Shown here in pieces: positions 16,029 through 25,546 of a DNA stretch of 64,000 bases. Numbering within the stretch: the first letter of the stretch is position 1; each line of letters opens with the position of its first letter. The DNA lies in assembly GCA_965242515.1 (NCBI GenBank), contig OZ251448.1:326512-390511 (forward strand), read 5' to 3'. Under the pieces are notes generated by a model. That model had not been told where the DNA came from. It did no database searches and saw nothing but the letters and a program-made list of their open reading frames with translations. The DNA is from Bdellovibrionales bacterium. GTDB lineage: Bacteria; Bdellovibrionota; Bdellovibrionia; Bdellovibrionales; UBA1609. A program made the position numbers and the translations under genes.

Positions 16029-19000
16029 TTATAAACTTAAACTTTTGCTGGATTCGTAAAGGGCTGACACAACAGCCACTGCTGCATCCCTTTGCGTAAT
16101 GCACGGCACACCCTGATCCAAACAACTCCGCCTAATGCTAAAACTAATCTCAATAGACCTTCTGCCCGATGTGGTGTTAATCACAAATGCCACCTTGCCA
16201 GAGCGAATGCGATCCACACAATGCGGACGCCCCTCATGCACCTTCTTAACCCTCAAACAAGCAATACCTGCATCCGTCAAACACCTAAAAGTACCACCCG
16301 TTGCCGATAAACTATAACCCATATCCACTAACTGACGAGCCACAGGTAATAATAATTTTTTGTCCTTATCCCGCAAAGATAAAAACACCTCGCCACTTTT
16401 AGGCACACTCAAACCCATGCCCGCTAACGCCTTTAATAATGCCACAGGATAGCTCTTGCTTCTACCCATAACCTCACCAATAGACTTCATCTCCGGACCT
16501 AAAATAGAATCCACATCCTCAAACTTCTTAAACGGAAATACCACCCCCTTAACACATACCTGCTCGCAAGCTTGCCAATTATACTGACTAGGAGTTATAT
16601 CTTTTGCCTTAAACTTTAACATAGCTTTGACCGCTAAATCTGCTAAGGGAATGCCTGTCGCCTTAGAAACATAAGGCATACTACGAGAACTCCGCGGATT
16701 AGCCTCCAATACATAAATGCAGTCATCCTTAATAGCTAACTGTAAATTTAAAAACCCTAAAATGTTTAAATTACGAGCAAGTAAAGCCGAACACTTTTCA
16801 ATCTTTTCCCATATCACTTGCTTTAACCTCTGCGGAGGTAACACCCCCATACTATCCCCACTATGTACACCTGTACCCTCAATATGCTCCACAATACCCC
16901 CTATTACTACCCAGTCAACACCACACACTAAATCCACATCCACCTCTAACCCTTCTAAAAATTGATCCATTAAACACGGATTTTCTTGAGATATAAAATG
17001 CTGATAGCGAGAAAAATAACTCCTTAACTCCGATTCATTTTCTATCAACTCCATGCGTCTCCCACCTAAAACATAACTCGGGCGACAAAGTAAAGGGTAG
17101 CCTACATACTTGCTGACTGTAATGGCAGACGATATATCAGTCGCCACCCCCGCCTTAGGTACCCTTAAACCTAAATCAGTACATAAAGATACAAACTGCC
17201 CTCTATCCTCTGCCCTGTCAATATCACGAACCTTCGTGCCGATTAACTTAAAACCCTCCTTCACCAAAGGTTTTGCTAAACCAATAGGGGTTTGCCCCCC
17301 TACTTGAGCCACAAAACCAATGGGTGATATAAACCTTAATACCTCTATCACATGCTCTTTGGTTAAAGGCTCAAAAAATAACACATCCGCTGTGTCATAA
17401 TCGGTAGAAACTGTCTCCGGATTGGAATTCACCATAACCGCCCTGTAACCTGCACGCTTTATAGAACGCACACTGCGAACACAAGAATAATCAAACTCAA
17501 TGCCCTGCCCTATCCTGTTCGGACCACTACCTAAAATCAATATAAAATTACCACTCTTAACCTGACCCTCCTGACTACCACTCGTAGTGTTTATATCTGT
17601 TGTAGTATTCCCTAGAGCTTCATCTGTAGATTTATCTGCAGATTTACCGATAGCTCCATCGATAATTCCACTATGCCAATAAGTGGAATAATAATAAGGC
17701 GTTGAAGAGGCAAACTCGCCGGCACAAGTGTCCACCTGATAAAAAGCAGGTACAATACTATAGCTATGCCTGAAACTTCGTATTTGCTCTTCAGACTTAT
17801 TACACCAGTGAGCTAACATAAAATCCGAAACCCCAAAACGCTTAGCCTGCCTTATAGATTCTTTAACACCCTCTTTTGTTTCACCTGTTATATCATCTTG
17901 TATAGATTCTTTTATATCTTTTTTTTGTATGTTTTGTGTTATATCACAAACTTTTTTGCTTTTTTGTGTATCTTTAAAGGGTAATTTTCCAGCCTGTGCT
18001 TTAATCTGTTTTTCTAACACAATAAGTTTATAAAATTGCTCTAAAAACCAAGGGTGGATTTGTGTCCACTCCTGCACTTGCTGAACCGAATGCCCCCTTC
18101 TAAAAGCCTCTAAAATACTATACAACCTGCGACTATTAGGGTAAGTTAAATTCTTTAAAGCAAAATCATCAACCCCTACCAATAAGTCATCGTGCTTTTC
18201 TAACGATACAACAGCCTTCATACAAGCCTCTAAAAACACTCTCCCTATACCCATAACCTCACCCACACTTTTCATCTGTGTGTTTAATACATCCTTAGAA
18301 CCTTCAAATTTCTCAAAGTCAAAACGAGGGATTTTAAACACCACATAATCCAAAGCAGGCTCGTAACAAGAAGGAGTAGCCCCACCTGTTATATCATTTC
18401 GAATCTCGTCCATAGTCAAACCCACAGCTACCAATGCTGCCACCTTCGCAATCGGAAACCCTGTTGCCTTACTGGCTAAAGCTGAAGAACGACTGACACG
18501 CGGATTCATCTCTATCACTAACCGCTTTCGTGTTTTGGGATGTACGGCAAACTGAATGTTGGCACCCCCTGTTTCTACCCCCACAGCTGAAATAATACGC
18601 CCTGCCTCATCACGCATAGCCTGATACTCCACATCCGATAATGTCTGCTGTGGAGAAACAGAACAACTATCCCCCGTATGCACACCACAAGGGTCCATAT
18701 TCTCCACCGAACATACCACTACAAAAGTCCCTTTACTATCACGCATAACCTCTAACTCAAACTCACACCAACCTAATAAACTCCTCTCCACTAATACCTC
18801 ACTTGTAGGCGACTCCCTTAACGCCTGTACTAACTTCCTCTCATACTCCTCAATAGAATGTGCTACCCCACTGCCCCCACCACCTAAAGTGTAATTAGGA
18901 CGAAGTACTAAGGGAAATGTCATACCACTTGCCACCTCCATACCCTGCTTAAAGCTCCTCACTAACTCACTTTCCGGATAGCCCGCCCCTATACTCTCTA

Positions 19001-19406
19001 ATAACTGCCTAAACTCCTCCCTGTTTTCAGCCTTCCTAATAACCTCAGGCTTTGCCCCCAATAACCCTATGCCTAACTCCCTTAACACACCTTTTTTGTC
19101 TAACTCTAAAGCTAAATTTAAAGCTGTCTGACCACCTAATGTAGGTATTAAATGCGACGGGCGTTCTTTTCTTAAAATGCCCTCTACAAAAACACTTGTT
19201 AGTGGCTCAATATAAACGCGAGTGGCTGTCTCCGGATCCGTCATAATAGTCGCCGGATTAGAGTTGATCAATATCACCTCTAAACCCCTTTGCATTAAAG
19301 CCTTGCAAGCCTGTGTGCCAGAATAATCAAATTCACAAGCCTGACCTATCACTATAGGACCACTGCCTAATACAACAACCCTCTTTATATCCTTACTAAT
19401 CCCCAT
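16029..19406 (-). CDS. carB: carbamoyl-phosphate synthase large subunit
   Basis: 1125 aa with two ATP-grasp halves (GSGPIVIGQACEFDYSG; GSGPNRIGQGIEFDYS) and a C-terminal MGS-like domain. Two low-complexity inserts in the linker. No carA adjacent. Confidence 0.95.
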   Translation of the reverse strand: MGISKDIKRVVVLGSGPIVIGQACEFDYSGTQACKALMQRGLEVILINSNPATIMTDPETATRVYIEPLTSVFVEGILRKERPSHLIPTLGGQTALNLALELDKKGVLRELGIGLLGAKPEVIRKAENREEFRQLLESIGAGYPESELVRSFKQGMEVASGMTFPLVLRPNYTLGGGGSGVAHSIEEYERKLVQALRESPTSEVLVERSLLGWCEFELEVMRDSKGTFVVVCSVENMDPCGVHTGDSCSVSPQQTLSDVEYQAMRDEAGRIISAVGVETGGANIQFAVHPKTRKRLVIEMNPRVSRSSALASKATGFPIAKVAALVAVGLTMDEIRNDITGGATPSCYEPALDYVVFKIPRFDFEKFEGSKDVLNTQMKSVGEVMGIGRVFLEACMKAVVSLEKHDDLLVGVDDFALKNLTYPNSRRLYSILEAFRRGHSVQQVQEWTQIHPWFLEQFYKLIVLEKQIKAQAGKLPFKDTQKSKKVCDITQNIQKKDIKESIQDDITGETKEGVKESIRQAKRFGVSDFMLAHWCNKSEEQIRSFRHSYSIVPAFYQVDTCAGEFASSTPYYYSTYWHSGIIDGAIGKSADKSTDEALGNTTTDINTTSGSQEGQVKSGNFILILGSGPNRIGQGIEFDYSCVRSVRSIKRAGYRAVMVNSNPETVSTDYDTADVLFFEPLTKEHVIEVLRFISPIGFVAQVGGQTPIGLAKPLVKEGFKLIGTKVRDIDRAEDRGQFVSLCTDLGLRVPKAGVATDISSAITVSKYVGYPLLCRPSYVLGGRRMELIENESELRSYFSRYQHFISQENPCLMDQFLEGLEVDVDLVCGVDWVVIGGIVEHIEGTGVHSGDSMGVLPPQRLKQVIWEKIEKCSALLARNLNILGFLNLQLAIKDDCIYVLEANPRSSRSMPYVSKATGIPLADLAVKAMLKFKAKDITPSQYNWQACEQVCVKGVVFPFKKFEDVDSILGPEMKSIGEVMGRSKSYPVALLKALAGMGLSVPKSGEVFLSLRDKDKKLLLPVARQLVDMGYSLSATGGTFRCLTDAGIACLRVKKVHEGRPHCVDRIRSGKVAFVINTTSGRRSIEISFSIRRSCLDQGVPCITQRDAAVAVVSALYESSKSLSL

Positions 19407-19408
19407 AT

Positions 19409-19500
19409 TCTTAATTCGGTATAGTAGCTTGTGTGCATCACTTAGCTACTTTTACCCAGTATAGTTACCTCTTATCAACCTTTCAATAATAAACATCACT
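19409..19500 (-). promoter_or_regulatory. family E leader-like repeat immediately 5' of carB
   Basis: ttaattcggtatagtagcttgtgtgcatcacttagctacttttacccagtatagttacctcttatcaacc begins 3 nt beyond the carB ATG. Confidence 0.75.
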
Positions 19501-19543
19501 TTTAAATAGAATACCACTCAATAAATACTTTCTTTGCGGTTAT

Positions 19544-19657
19544 GAATGAAAAAACCATGCTCAAAACGAGTTCGGATTTGACCACAATGCAGTAGCCAAC
19601 GGCTAATGCGTTGTGGCAAACCGCGGAGTCCTAAGCTTTTGAACTCGGTTTTTTCAC
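19544..19657 (+). repeat. family A element
   Basis: Core cgagttcggatttga, hairpin ccacaatgc-agtagccaacggcta-atgcgttgtgg, then caaaccgc. Confidence 0.9.
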
Positions 19658-19721
19658 TTGCCACACATGATGTGGATATTTTTTGAAAGTCTGATTTTGT
19701 GAAAAACTATGTACTATACCT

Positions 19722-19862
19722 GACTTGATAAGACTTGATAAGACTTGATAAGACTTGATAAGACTTGATAAGACTTGATAAGACTTGATAAGACTTGATA
19801 AGACTTGATAAGACTTAAACTACTCATATTAGCAATTATAAATATTTTTTCATAAATTACAA
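19722..19862 (+). repeat. family G: 9 x gacttgataa tandem repeat plus conserved tail
   Basis: gacttgataa x9 (19722..19811), then gacttaaactactcatattagcaattataaatattttttcataaattacaac. Same orientation as 13129. Confidence 0.95.
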
Positions 19863-19915
19863 CTATTTTTTTAAAAAAAACCTAGACTTTTATATGCAAT
19901 TTAAGATATTTTTTT

Positions 19916-20983
19916 TTATCTTGAGTGATGCTTTTTTTGTAGCTTTTTAATGTCTTCTTCTGAAAGCCCCATCACCTTCGCAATAAACGGAATATCTGCA
20001 TTTTCTTGAAACATATTCGCAATCACTTGTCGTCTTTCTTCTTCCCTGCCTTTTAGCTCGCCTTGTAAAATACCCTGTTGCATACCCTGTTGCATACCCT
20101 GTTGCAGGTACTTTTGTTTGCTTTGCAACATACCCTTCTTTATACCTTTTGCCATAGCCTCATCTAATGAGTATTGTAATGGTGCCATAACTCTTTCCTC
20201 CTTATCTGTTATTGTTTTAGCCTCTATTTCTCGAACGACCGTCCAACTAAAGTGTGGATCATATCTGCTTATATAATCTGCAACCTTACCTATTAACTTC
20301 CTTCTCTTACCTATACTTATAACCTGGCTTAATATAAATAAATCTCTTATCGTGTTATACTCTAAATTCCATATATTTTGTAGTATAAACAGTACCGGGC
20401 GAGAAAGCAAGCTTTCTGTCTTGGCATCCCTTACATTAAGCTTACTTATGTTGAGTAACCTGTAGCTAAAATTAAGTACATTATTACCAAAGTGCTGTTT
20501 TAAACTACTTTGAAAGCCTTGTAAGCTATCTTGAAAGGCTAAAGGCTCTTTCCAGTGCTTTTGCCTGCCATGGTAGATAACAATAGGGATAATAGGTAGT
20601 TTCGTTTGCTTGTAAATAGATACTTGATACTCCAGTAACTGTTGATGAATATTCGGTGCAGGTGAGCTTTTATGCTCAACCAGAAAAAGCATGCCTACTG
20701 TTTGGTTTTGAGCTTCTTTTAACCTTGCAGAAAGAAGTAAGTCTGTGCGTTTTTCTTTAGAATCTTGGTCTATAAAAGTAGTAACTTCTGATTTAAGAGT
20801 GTTCCAATCAAAAAGAGCCATTTCTTGTGGAGTAAATAATAAATGGAAAAGATCTAAGCAGTGCTTAGTTTGAGTGTAGATTTCTTTAAAGAAAATATCA
20901 TGCAAAAAAGCTTTGCTTTTCTTGCCCTGCTTTGGAGATGGTTTTTTAGCTGTGTCTTTACTTACAGCTTGTTTATTCCTCAT
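19916..20983 (-). CDS. Rpn/YhgA-like PD-(D/E)XK recombination-promoting nuclease (putative transposase)
   Basis: N-terminal HDIFFKEIY...CLDLF, and the nuclease core DLLLSA...MLFLVEHKS. The C-terminal tail has QQGMQQGMQQGILQG repeats and a terminal ...IPFIAKVMGLSEEDIKKL helix, typical of this family. Confidence 0.75.
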   Translation of the reverse strand: MRNKQAVSKDTAKKPSPKQGKKSKAFLHDIFFKEIYTQTKHCLDLFHLLFTPQEMALFDWNTLKSEVTTFIDQDSKEKRTDLLLSARLKEAQNQTVGMLFLVEHKSSPAPNIHQQLLEYQVSIYKQTKLPIIPIVIYHGRQKHWKEPLAFQDSLQGFQSSLKQHFGNNVLNFSYRLLNISKLNVRDAKTESLLSRPVLFILQNIWNLEYNTIRDLFILSQVISIGKRRKLIGKVADYISRYDPHFSWTVVREIEAKTITDKEERVMAPLQYSLDEAMAKGIKKGMLQSKQKYLQQGMQQGMQQGILQGELKGREEERRQVIANMFQENADIPFIAKVMGLSEEDIKKLQKKHHSR

Positions 20984-21202
20984 AACTTATTCCTCCCCTT
21001 TGTGTTTCATAATGTTACCCATAGTACATCTTAAAAAGATGCACCTGCATAAACTACATGCAAAATCGATTCCCACTTTAAATTAAAGAGTAGCAAAGAG
21101 GATATTTTGCAGGTCCAAGCACGCATAATGTGTTTTATTTGATGCAATCCTTACAATACCCCCCTACCTTCACCTAATCCATAGACTAATAAATGTACGC
21201 TT

Positions 21203-21315
21203 TAGAAGGGAAAAACCATGCTCAAAACGAGTTCGGATTTGACCACAATGCAGTAGCCAACGGCTAATGCGTTGTGGCAAACCGCATGTTTGAGCTTTTG
21301 AGTGAGGTTTTTCCC
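21203..21315 (+). repeat. family A element
   Basis: Central part identical to 19544. Termini gaagggaaaaacc / ggtttttccc. Confidence 0.9.
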
Positions 21316-21680
21316 TTAAACAAGCATGCTGTTACTAAACCTCCGGGGCATGGCAAACCGTGCAAACATAAGCTTTTGATGCTACGGTTTGAAGCAAAAA
21401 TAGCTATAACAACAATGCTGATAATAAAAGTGTCCACTTTTTGGACAAAATTATGTGCATATAATGCACACTTTATACACTTTTTTATAAAATATGAGTT
21501 GGTATGGGGTAAATAGTCCTCAAAGCACAAGGCTTTTTACTAAAGTTGATGTGAAGCGGTGTGTCGCACAGAAAAGTATGGAGTCCTAAGCTTTTGACTT
21601 GCTTTTCTCACTATAAAAGTTAGATTCCCAAGCTTTTGAGCTCTTTCTTAATATCTCGAAAAAAGTTACTTACTCTTTTT

Positions 21681-21755
21681 TTAAAGGTCGGTTTTTGGGT
21701 TGTCACTAAGTAAATAAGTTGTACCAGTGTCGCACAAAACTGCACCTGATATTCC
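21681..21755 (-). pseudogene. duplicated 3'-end fragment of the 22927..23649 gene
   Basis: ttaaaggtcggtttttgggttgtcactaagtaaataagttgtacc...tcgcacaaaactgcacctgatattcc matches 22927..23001 with a few mismatches. No upstream gene body. Confidence 0.7.
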
Positions 21756-21917
21756 TGCTTAAAGCAAAAACAGCTATAGCAATAAATAAAGTATAAAAAA
21801 TAACTTAAGCTTTGCGTGTAAAATTTACCCACAGCTAAAAATATTTTGCAAAAAAGGGCTGGCTCATGTATGACTTTTACTGAAAATCAATTTTTTTAAT
21901 AAAAGGAGGCAAAAAAA

Positions 21918-22202
21918 ATGAAACCAATTATCCGATATTTAATTTTAACAGCTATGTTTTTACCCTTATTAGCTTTGGCAAGGGATGTGGATGACAATAT
22001 GGTTATGGTATACGAAGATGTTAAAGTACATTATCAAGTAGATGGCGAGTGGTTTGAAAAACAAGGGACAAAAATTTGTGCTTATGAGAAAAATACAGAA
22101 AAGCCTTATGATTATTTTTTCAAAACTTGTACTGTATATTTTAATGATGAAGATCAGGAACGAGAAAAACAGAGTAAACGGCTTGAAAGAAATACTGACT
22201 AA
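21918..22202 (+). CDS. small secreted hypothetical protein
   Basis: aaaggagg SD 8 nt upstream of the ATG. Signal peptide MKPIIRYLILTAMFLPLLALA. 94 aa. Confidence 0.55.
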   Translation: MKPIIRYLILTAMFLPLLALARDVDDNMVMVYEDVKVHYQVDGEWFEKQGTKICAYEKNTEKPYDYFFKTCTVYFNDEDQEREKQSKRLERNTD

Positions 22203-22276
22203 AAAAATACAAAATATTTCCAAACCAAACCGCATGCAGGGCGTGTTTTATGTTGATGTCCCTCCCAAAGAGACAG

Positions 22277-22552
22277 CTAGTTTTTAGCAGAAGAAGTTGT
22301 ACGAGAGGTAGAAGACTTAGTTTTTCGTGCTTTTTTTGGCACAAAATGTGGCTTATAGGACTGATGCTGAACCGTAAGGAAGATTAACTTATCTAATTTG
22401 CTATCTAAATGATCCATGCGAGTTTCTACCCGATGAATATCTTCTTTAATGGGTGTAATACGTGCATCTAACATGGCATTAAACGACACCAACAATAAGC
22501 TTAAAAAACCTATTAAAAAAATACCTGCTGTAAATAAATCTCTTCTATCCAT
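22277..22552 (-). CDS. small membrane-anchored coiled-coil protein
   Basis: N-terminal TM (FTAGIFLIGFLSLLLVSF) followed by a coiled coil. Same architecture as 6658..7104 but without the tandem repeats. Confidence 0.5.
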   Translation of the reverse strand: MDRRDLFTAGIFLIGFLSLLLVSFNAMLDARITPIKEDIHRVETRMDHLDSKLDKLIFLTVQHQSYKPHFVPKKARKTKSSTSRTTSSAKN

Positions 22553-22614
22553 ACCTTACTAAGTATAACATAAACTAATCCATATATAAAACAGTTTTTT
22601 TAAAAAAGTAAAAA

Positions 22615-22690
22615 ATTCAACCCCCAAAAGGGGACGCTTTTGATGCTACTGCTTGCACGCCCTACCCTTCATCCAATCCACACACACCAT
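22615..22690 (+). repeat. family D repeat
   Basis: caacccccaaaaggggacgcttttgatgctactgcttgcacgccctacccttcatccaatccacac, followed by a truncated family A end (22696..22713). Confidence 0.7.
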
Positions 22691-22926
22691 TTCTAGGTGA
22701 GAAAACCATGCTCCCCACAAAGGAGGTTGAGATGTACCAAAAAGCCTTGTATATTAAAAGGTAGCAAGTCTTTTTCACCTCGAAAAGCTACCAGCTCTTT
22801 TTATTTTTTTACTACATAAACTAATGTAGCACACAATAACTATATAATACAACAATATTTTAAGGCTTAAGGGGGTTTTCACGATACTGCATAATCCCAT
22901 GCCTTAATACCAAAAGTTCTTTTTTA

Positions 22927-23649
22927 TTAAAGGTTGGTTTTTGGGTTGTCGGTAAGTAAATAAGTTGTACCTTTTTCGCACAAAATAGCTCCTGATATTC
23001 CACCAGTTAGTCCATAAAAAGATAAAAGGGGTATACTTCTGGGTGGTTTTGCATAAAGCTCTGGGTGTTTCCTTGCTACTATACTCATACTTAGTTCTTT
23101 GGCAAGAACTGGTGAAAAAACCAGACCACTTGGGAATCCAGCAAATACAGATAGATAGTTCTTTACTCCGTCTTCATCGGATTGTATGTCGGCTCTATGT
23201 TTTCTACAGTCATTAGTATTACAGCGTGATATAGGGAAAAAAAGTGTACTGAGATAACCATATACACTAGAAATAAATACACCGAAGAAACAGCCATAAG
23301 CAAACCCTCCTGCTATAAGTGCTACAGCACCTGCTGTTTTTTGTGCATGCCCATTGATAAGATAAGAGTTTTCAGCTTGTTTCTGAAAGTCTTTTTGCTC
23401 TCTTAAGTTACAAACGGGTATATCACTTGAGGTAAGCGGGTCGCTACCACCTGAAGGTTTTATAAAATCAGGTGTGAGCTTATTATTCCCTCTAACATCA
23501 ATTTGACAATAAGTCCCGTCTGATAATTGCTTAAAAGCTACAACCGCACCCATACTGGGTAATAGGCTATGTACATCCCAATTATCTTCATTTTGAGCTG
23601 TACTAAATAAACTAAATAACAAACAAATACTAATAAGTGATTTTTTCAT
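22927..23649 (-). CDS. hypothetical membrane protein with signal peptide
   Basis: ORF 22927..23772. The internal ATG at 23649 gives MKKSLISICLLFSLFSTAQ. Gly-rich TM segments in the C-terminal half. Confidence 0.55.
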   Translation of the reverse strand: MKKSLISICLLFSLFSTAQNEDNWDVHSLLPSMGAVVAFKQLSDGTYCQIDVRGNNKLTPDFIKPSGGSDPLTSSDIPVCNLREQKDFQKQAENSYLINGHAQKTAGAVALIAGGFAYGCFFGVFISSVYGYLSTLFFPISRCNTNDCRKHRADIQSDEDGVKNYLSVFAGFPSGLVFSPVLAKELSMSIVARKHPELYAKPPRSIPLLSFYGLTGGISGAILCEKGTTYLLTDNPKTNL

Positions 23650-23970
23650 AATTTGCCCCCTTTTATTTAAAACATTCAGTTTAATACAATTTCCTGAATT
23701 TTCGTATATCATATTTTGGTATGGATGCAAGGTTTTTTTTAATTTAAATCTGTATGCATGTAAAAAATACACAACTTAAAAAATATTGTATATTTTAAGC
23801 CTTTTGTGTCTTAGAAAAAGCACAAAACAAAGGTTTTTTTAAGAGCTTGTAAAATTTACAAGGTGGATAAAAAAAGCTTAAAAAGCTTGTGTCTTTTTTG
23901 TTTTTATGAGACAAAAACATAATAACAAATCGTCTAAAAATAAACTATAAACAAAAAGGAGGAATTTATT

Positions 23971-24693
23971 ATGAAAATGTTATTTACTGCAATCTCACTT
24001 TGTTTGTTATTTAACTTTACAAGTCTTGCTCAAGCCGATACTTGCTCTAGTAGCTTTTCAAATAAATATAGAACATCCTTACTTATAGCGATTAAAAACG
24101 GACAACTAGAGAAAGTAAAATCATTATTAGAAAAAGGAGCGGATCCCAATGCTAAAGACGATGATGGAGTAACAGCTTTAATGTACATATCTACAAAAAA
24201 TGATACAGAGACAGTAAAATTATTGTTAGAAAAGGGGGCGGATCCCAATGCTAAAAACAATGATGGAAAAACAGCTTTAATGTACGCATCTGGCAATGGT
24301 CATACAAAGACAGTAAAATCATTATTAGAAAAGGGAGCTGATGTCAATGCTAAAAACAATGATGGAAAAACAGCTTTAATGTACGCATCTAATAATGGTC
24401 AGTCGGATATAGTAAAATTATTATTAGAAACTGAAGCAGATCCCAATGCTAAAGACAATGATGGACAAACAGCTTTAATGTACGCATCTTATGATGGTAG
24501 TTCAAGGATAGTAAAATTATTATTAGAAACTGAAGCAGATCCCAATGCTAAAGATAATAATGGAAAAACAGCTTTAATGATAGCATCTTATAAGAATGAT
24601 ACTGCATGGATAATAAAATTATCAAGCCGATTTAGAAAAGGGGGCGGATCCGATGATGGAATGCTAAAAACAATGATGGAAAAACAGCTTTAA
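23971..24693 (+). CDS. secreted ankyrin-repeat protein, N-terminal ORF of a frame-disrupted gene
   Basis: Signal peptide MKMLFTAISLCLLFNFTSLAQA, then 33-aa ANK units (G.TALM.AS..G....VK.LLE.GADPNAKD.). The frame is lost at about 24618..24660. Confidence 0.8.
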   Translation: MKMLFTAISLCLLFNFTSLAQADTCSSSFSNKYRTSLLIAIKNGQLEKVKSLLEKGADPNAKDDDGVTALMYISTKNDTETVKLLLEKGADPNAKNNDGKTALMYASGNGHTKTVKSLLEKGADVNAKNNDGKTALMYASNNGQSDIVKLLLETEADPNAKDNDGQTALMYASYDGSSRIVKLLLETEADPNAKDNNGKTALMIASYKNDTAWIIKLSSRFRKGGGSDDGMLKTMMEKQL

Positions 24694-25262
24694 TGTACGC
24701 ATCTAATAATGGTCAGTCGGATATAGTAAAATTATTATTAGAAACTGAAGCAGATCCCAATGCTAAAGACAATGATGGACAAACAGCTTTAATGTACGCA
24801 TCTAATAATGGTCAGTCGGATATAGTAAAATTATTATTAGAAACTGAAGCAGATCCCAATGCTAAAGACGATAATGGAAAAACAGCTTTAATGCACGCAT
24901 CTTATAATGGTCATACAAAAACAGTAAAATCATTACTAGAAAATGGAGTAAATCCCAATGCTAAAGATGATAAAGGAAGAACAGCTTTAATGATAGCATC
25001 TTATAAGAATGATACTGCATGGATAGTAAAATTATTATTAGAAAAAGGAGCGGATGTCAATGCTAAAGATAATGATGGAAAAACAGCTTTAATGTACGCA
25101 TCTCATAATGGTCATACAGAGACAGTAAAATCATTATTAGAAAATGGAGCAAATCCCAATGCTAAAGATAATGGTGAAGACACAGTTTTAGTGTACGCAT
25201 CTTTAAAAAATGATATAGGGACAATAACATTATTAAAAAAATATGGAGCTAAAGATAATTAA
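24693..25262 (+). CDS. ankyrin-repeat protein, C-terminal ORF of the same disrupted gene
   Basis: Continues the same 99-bp ANK units in another frame. About 5.5 further repeats. Confidence 0.8.
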   Translation: MYASNNGQSDIVKLLLETEADPNAKDNDGQTALMYASNNGQSDIVKLLLETEADPNAKDDNGKTALMHASYNGHTKTVKSLLENGVNPNAKDDKGRTALMIASYKNDTAWIVKLLLEKGADVNAKDNDGKTALMYASHNGHTETVKSLLENGANPNAKDNGEDTVLVYASLKNDIGTITLLKKYGAKDN

Positions 25263-25327
25263 TGCCAGATGCAACTTTTTGGGGGAAAACCAAGCGGGAA
25301 GCATGTAGTGTTTTTATACTCAAAAAA

Positions 25328-25407
25328 GCAGGGAAGGGAATATTTTAAGGGTCCAAGCCCCCACAAAGGGGGTTATAGGTGTTCTACAAAAATCTTCCCC
25401 TTCCCGC
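25328..25407 (+). repeat. family C hairpin repeat
   Basis: gcagggaagggaatattttaagggtccaagcccccacaaagggggttataggtgttctacaaaaatcttccccttcccgc. Confidence 0.85.
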
Positions 25408-25546
25408 TTGCTTCGTGCCTTTGTGAAAAAGTTTCCTACTCAGTTTTTGCCATAAAAATAGCTGAATGACACTAGTTAAAAAAATAAAAAAGGTGATGCT
25501 TTTTAACACCACCTATTAATTTAATAATATAATTACTAAACAGCTT

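Noticed and set aside
17560-17960. Whether the low-complexity inserts in the carB linker (and similar ones in valS, murF and the ETF-QO gene) are further in-frame repeat-element insertions.
   Set aside because: By eye their DNA does not match families A-G. They look like ordinary AT-driven low-complexity expansions.
19916-20983. Whether the Rpn/YhgA-like gene marks an intact IS or transposon.
   Set aside because: No terminal inverted repeats or target duplication bracket the gene. Only the general repeat families are present, and Rpn proteins are usually not part of defined IS elements.
21264-21832. ORFs 21264..21530, 21274..21516 and 21620..21832.
   Set aside because: They lie in repeat and gene-fragment debris (a family A copy and a duplicated 3' fragment of the 22927 gene) and overlap each other on opposite strands. 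No support as genes.
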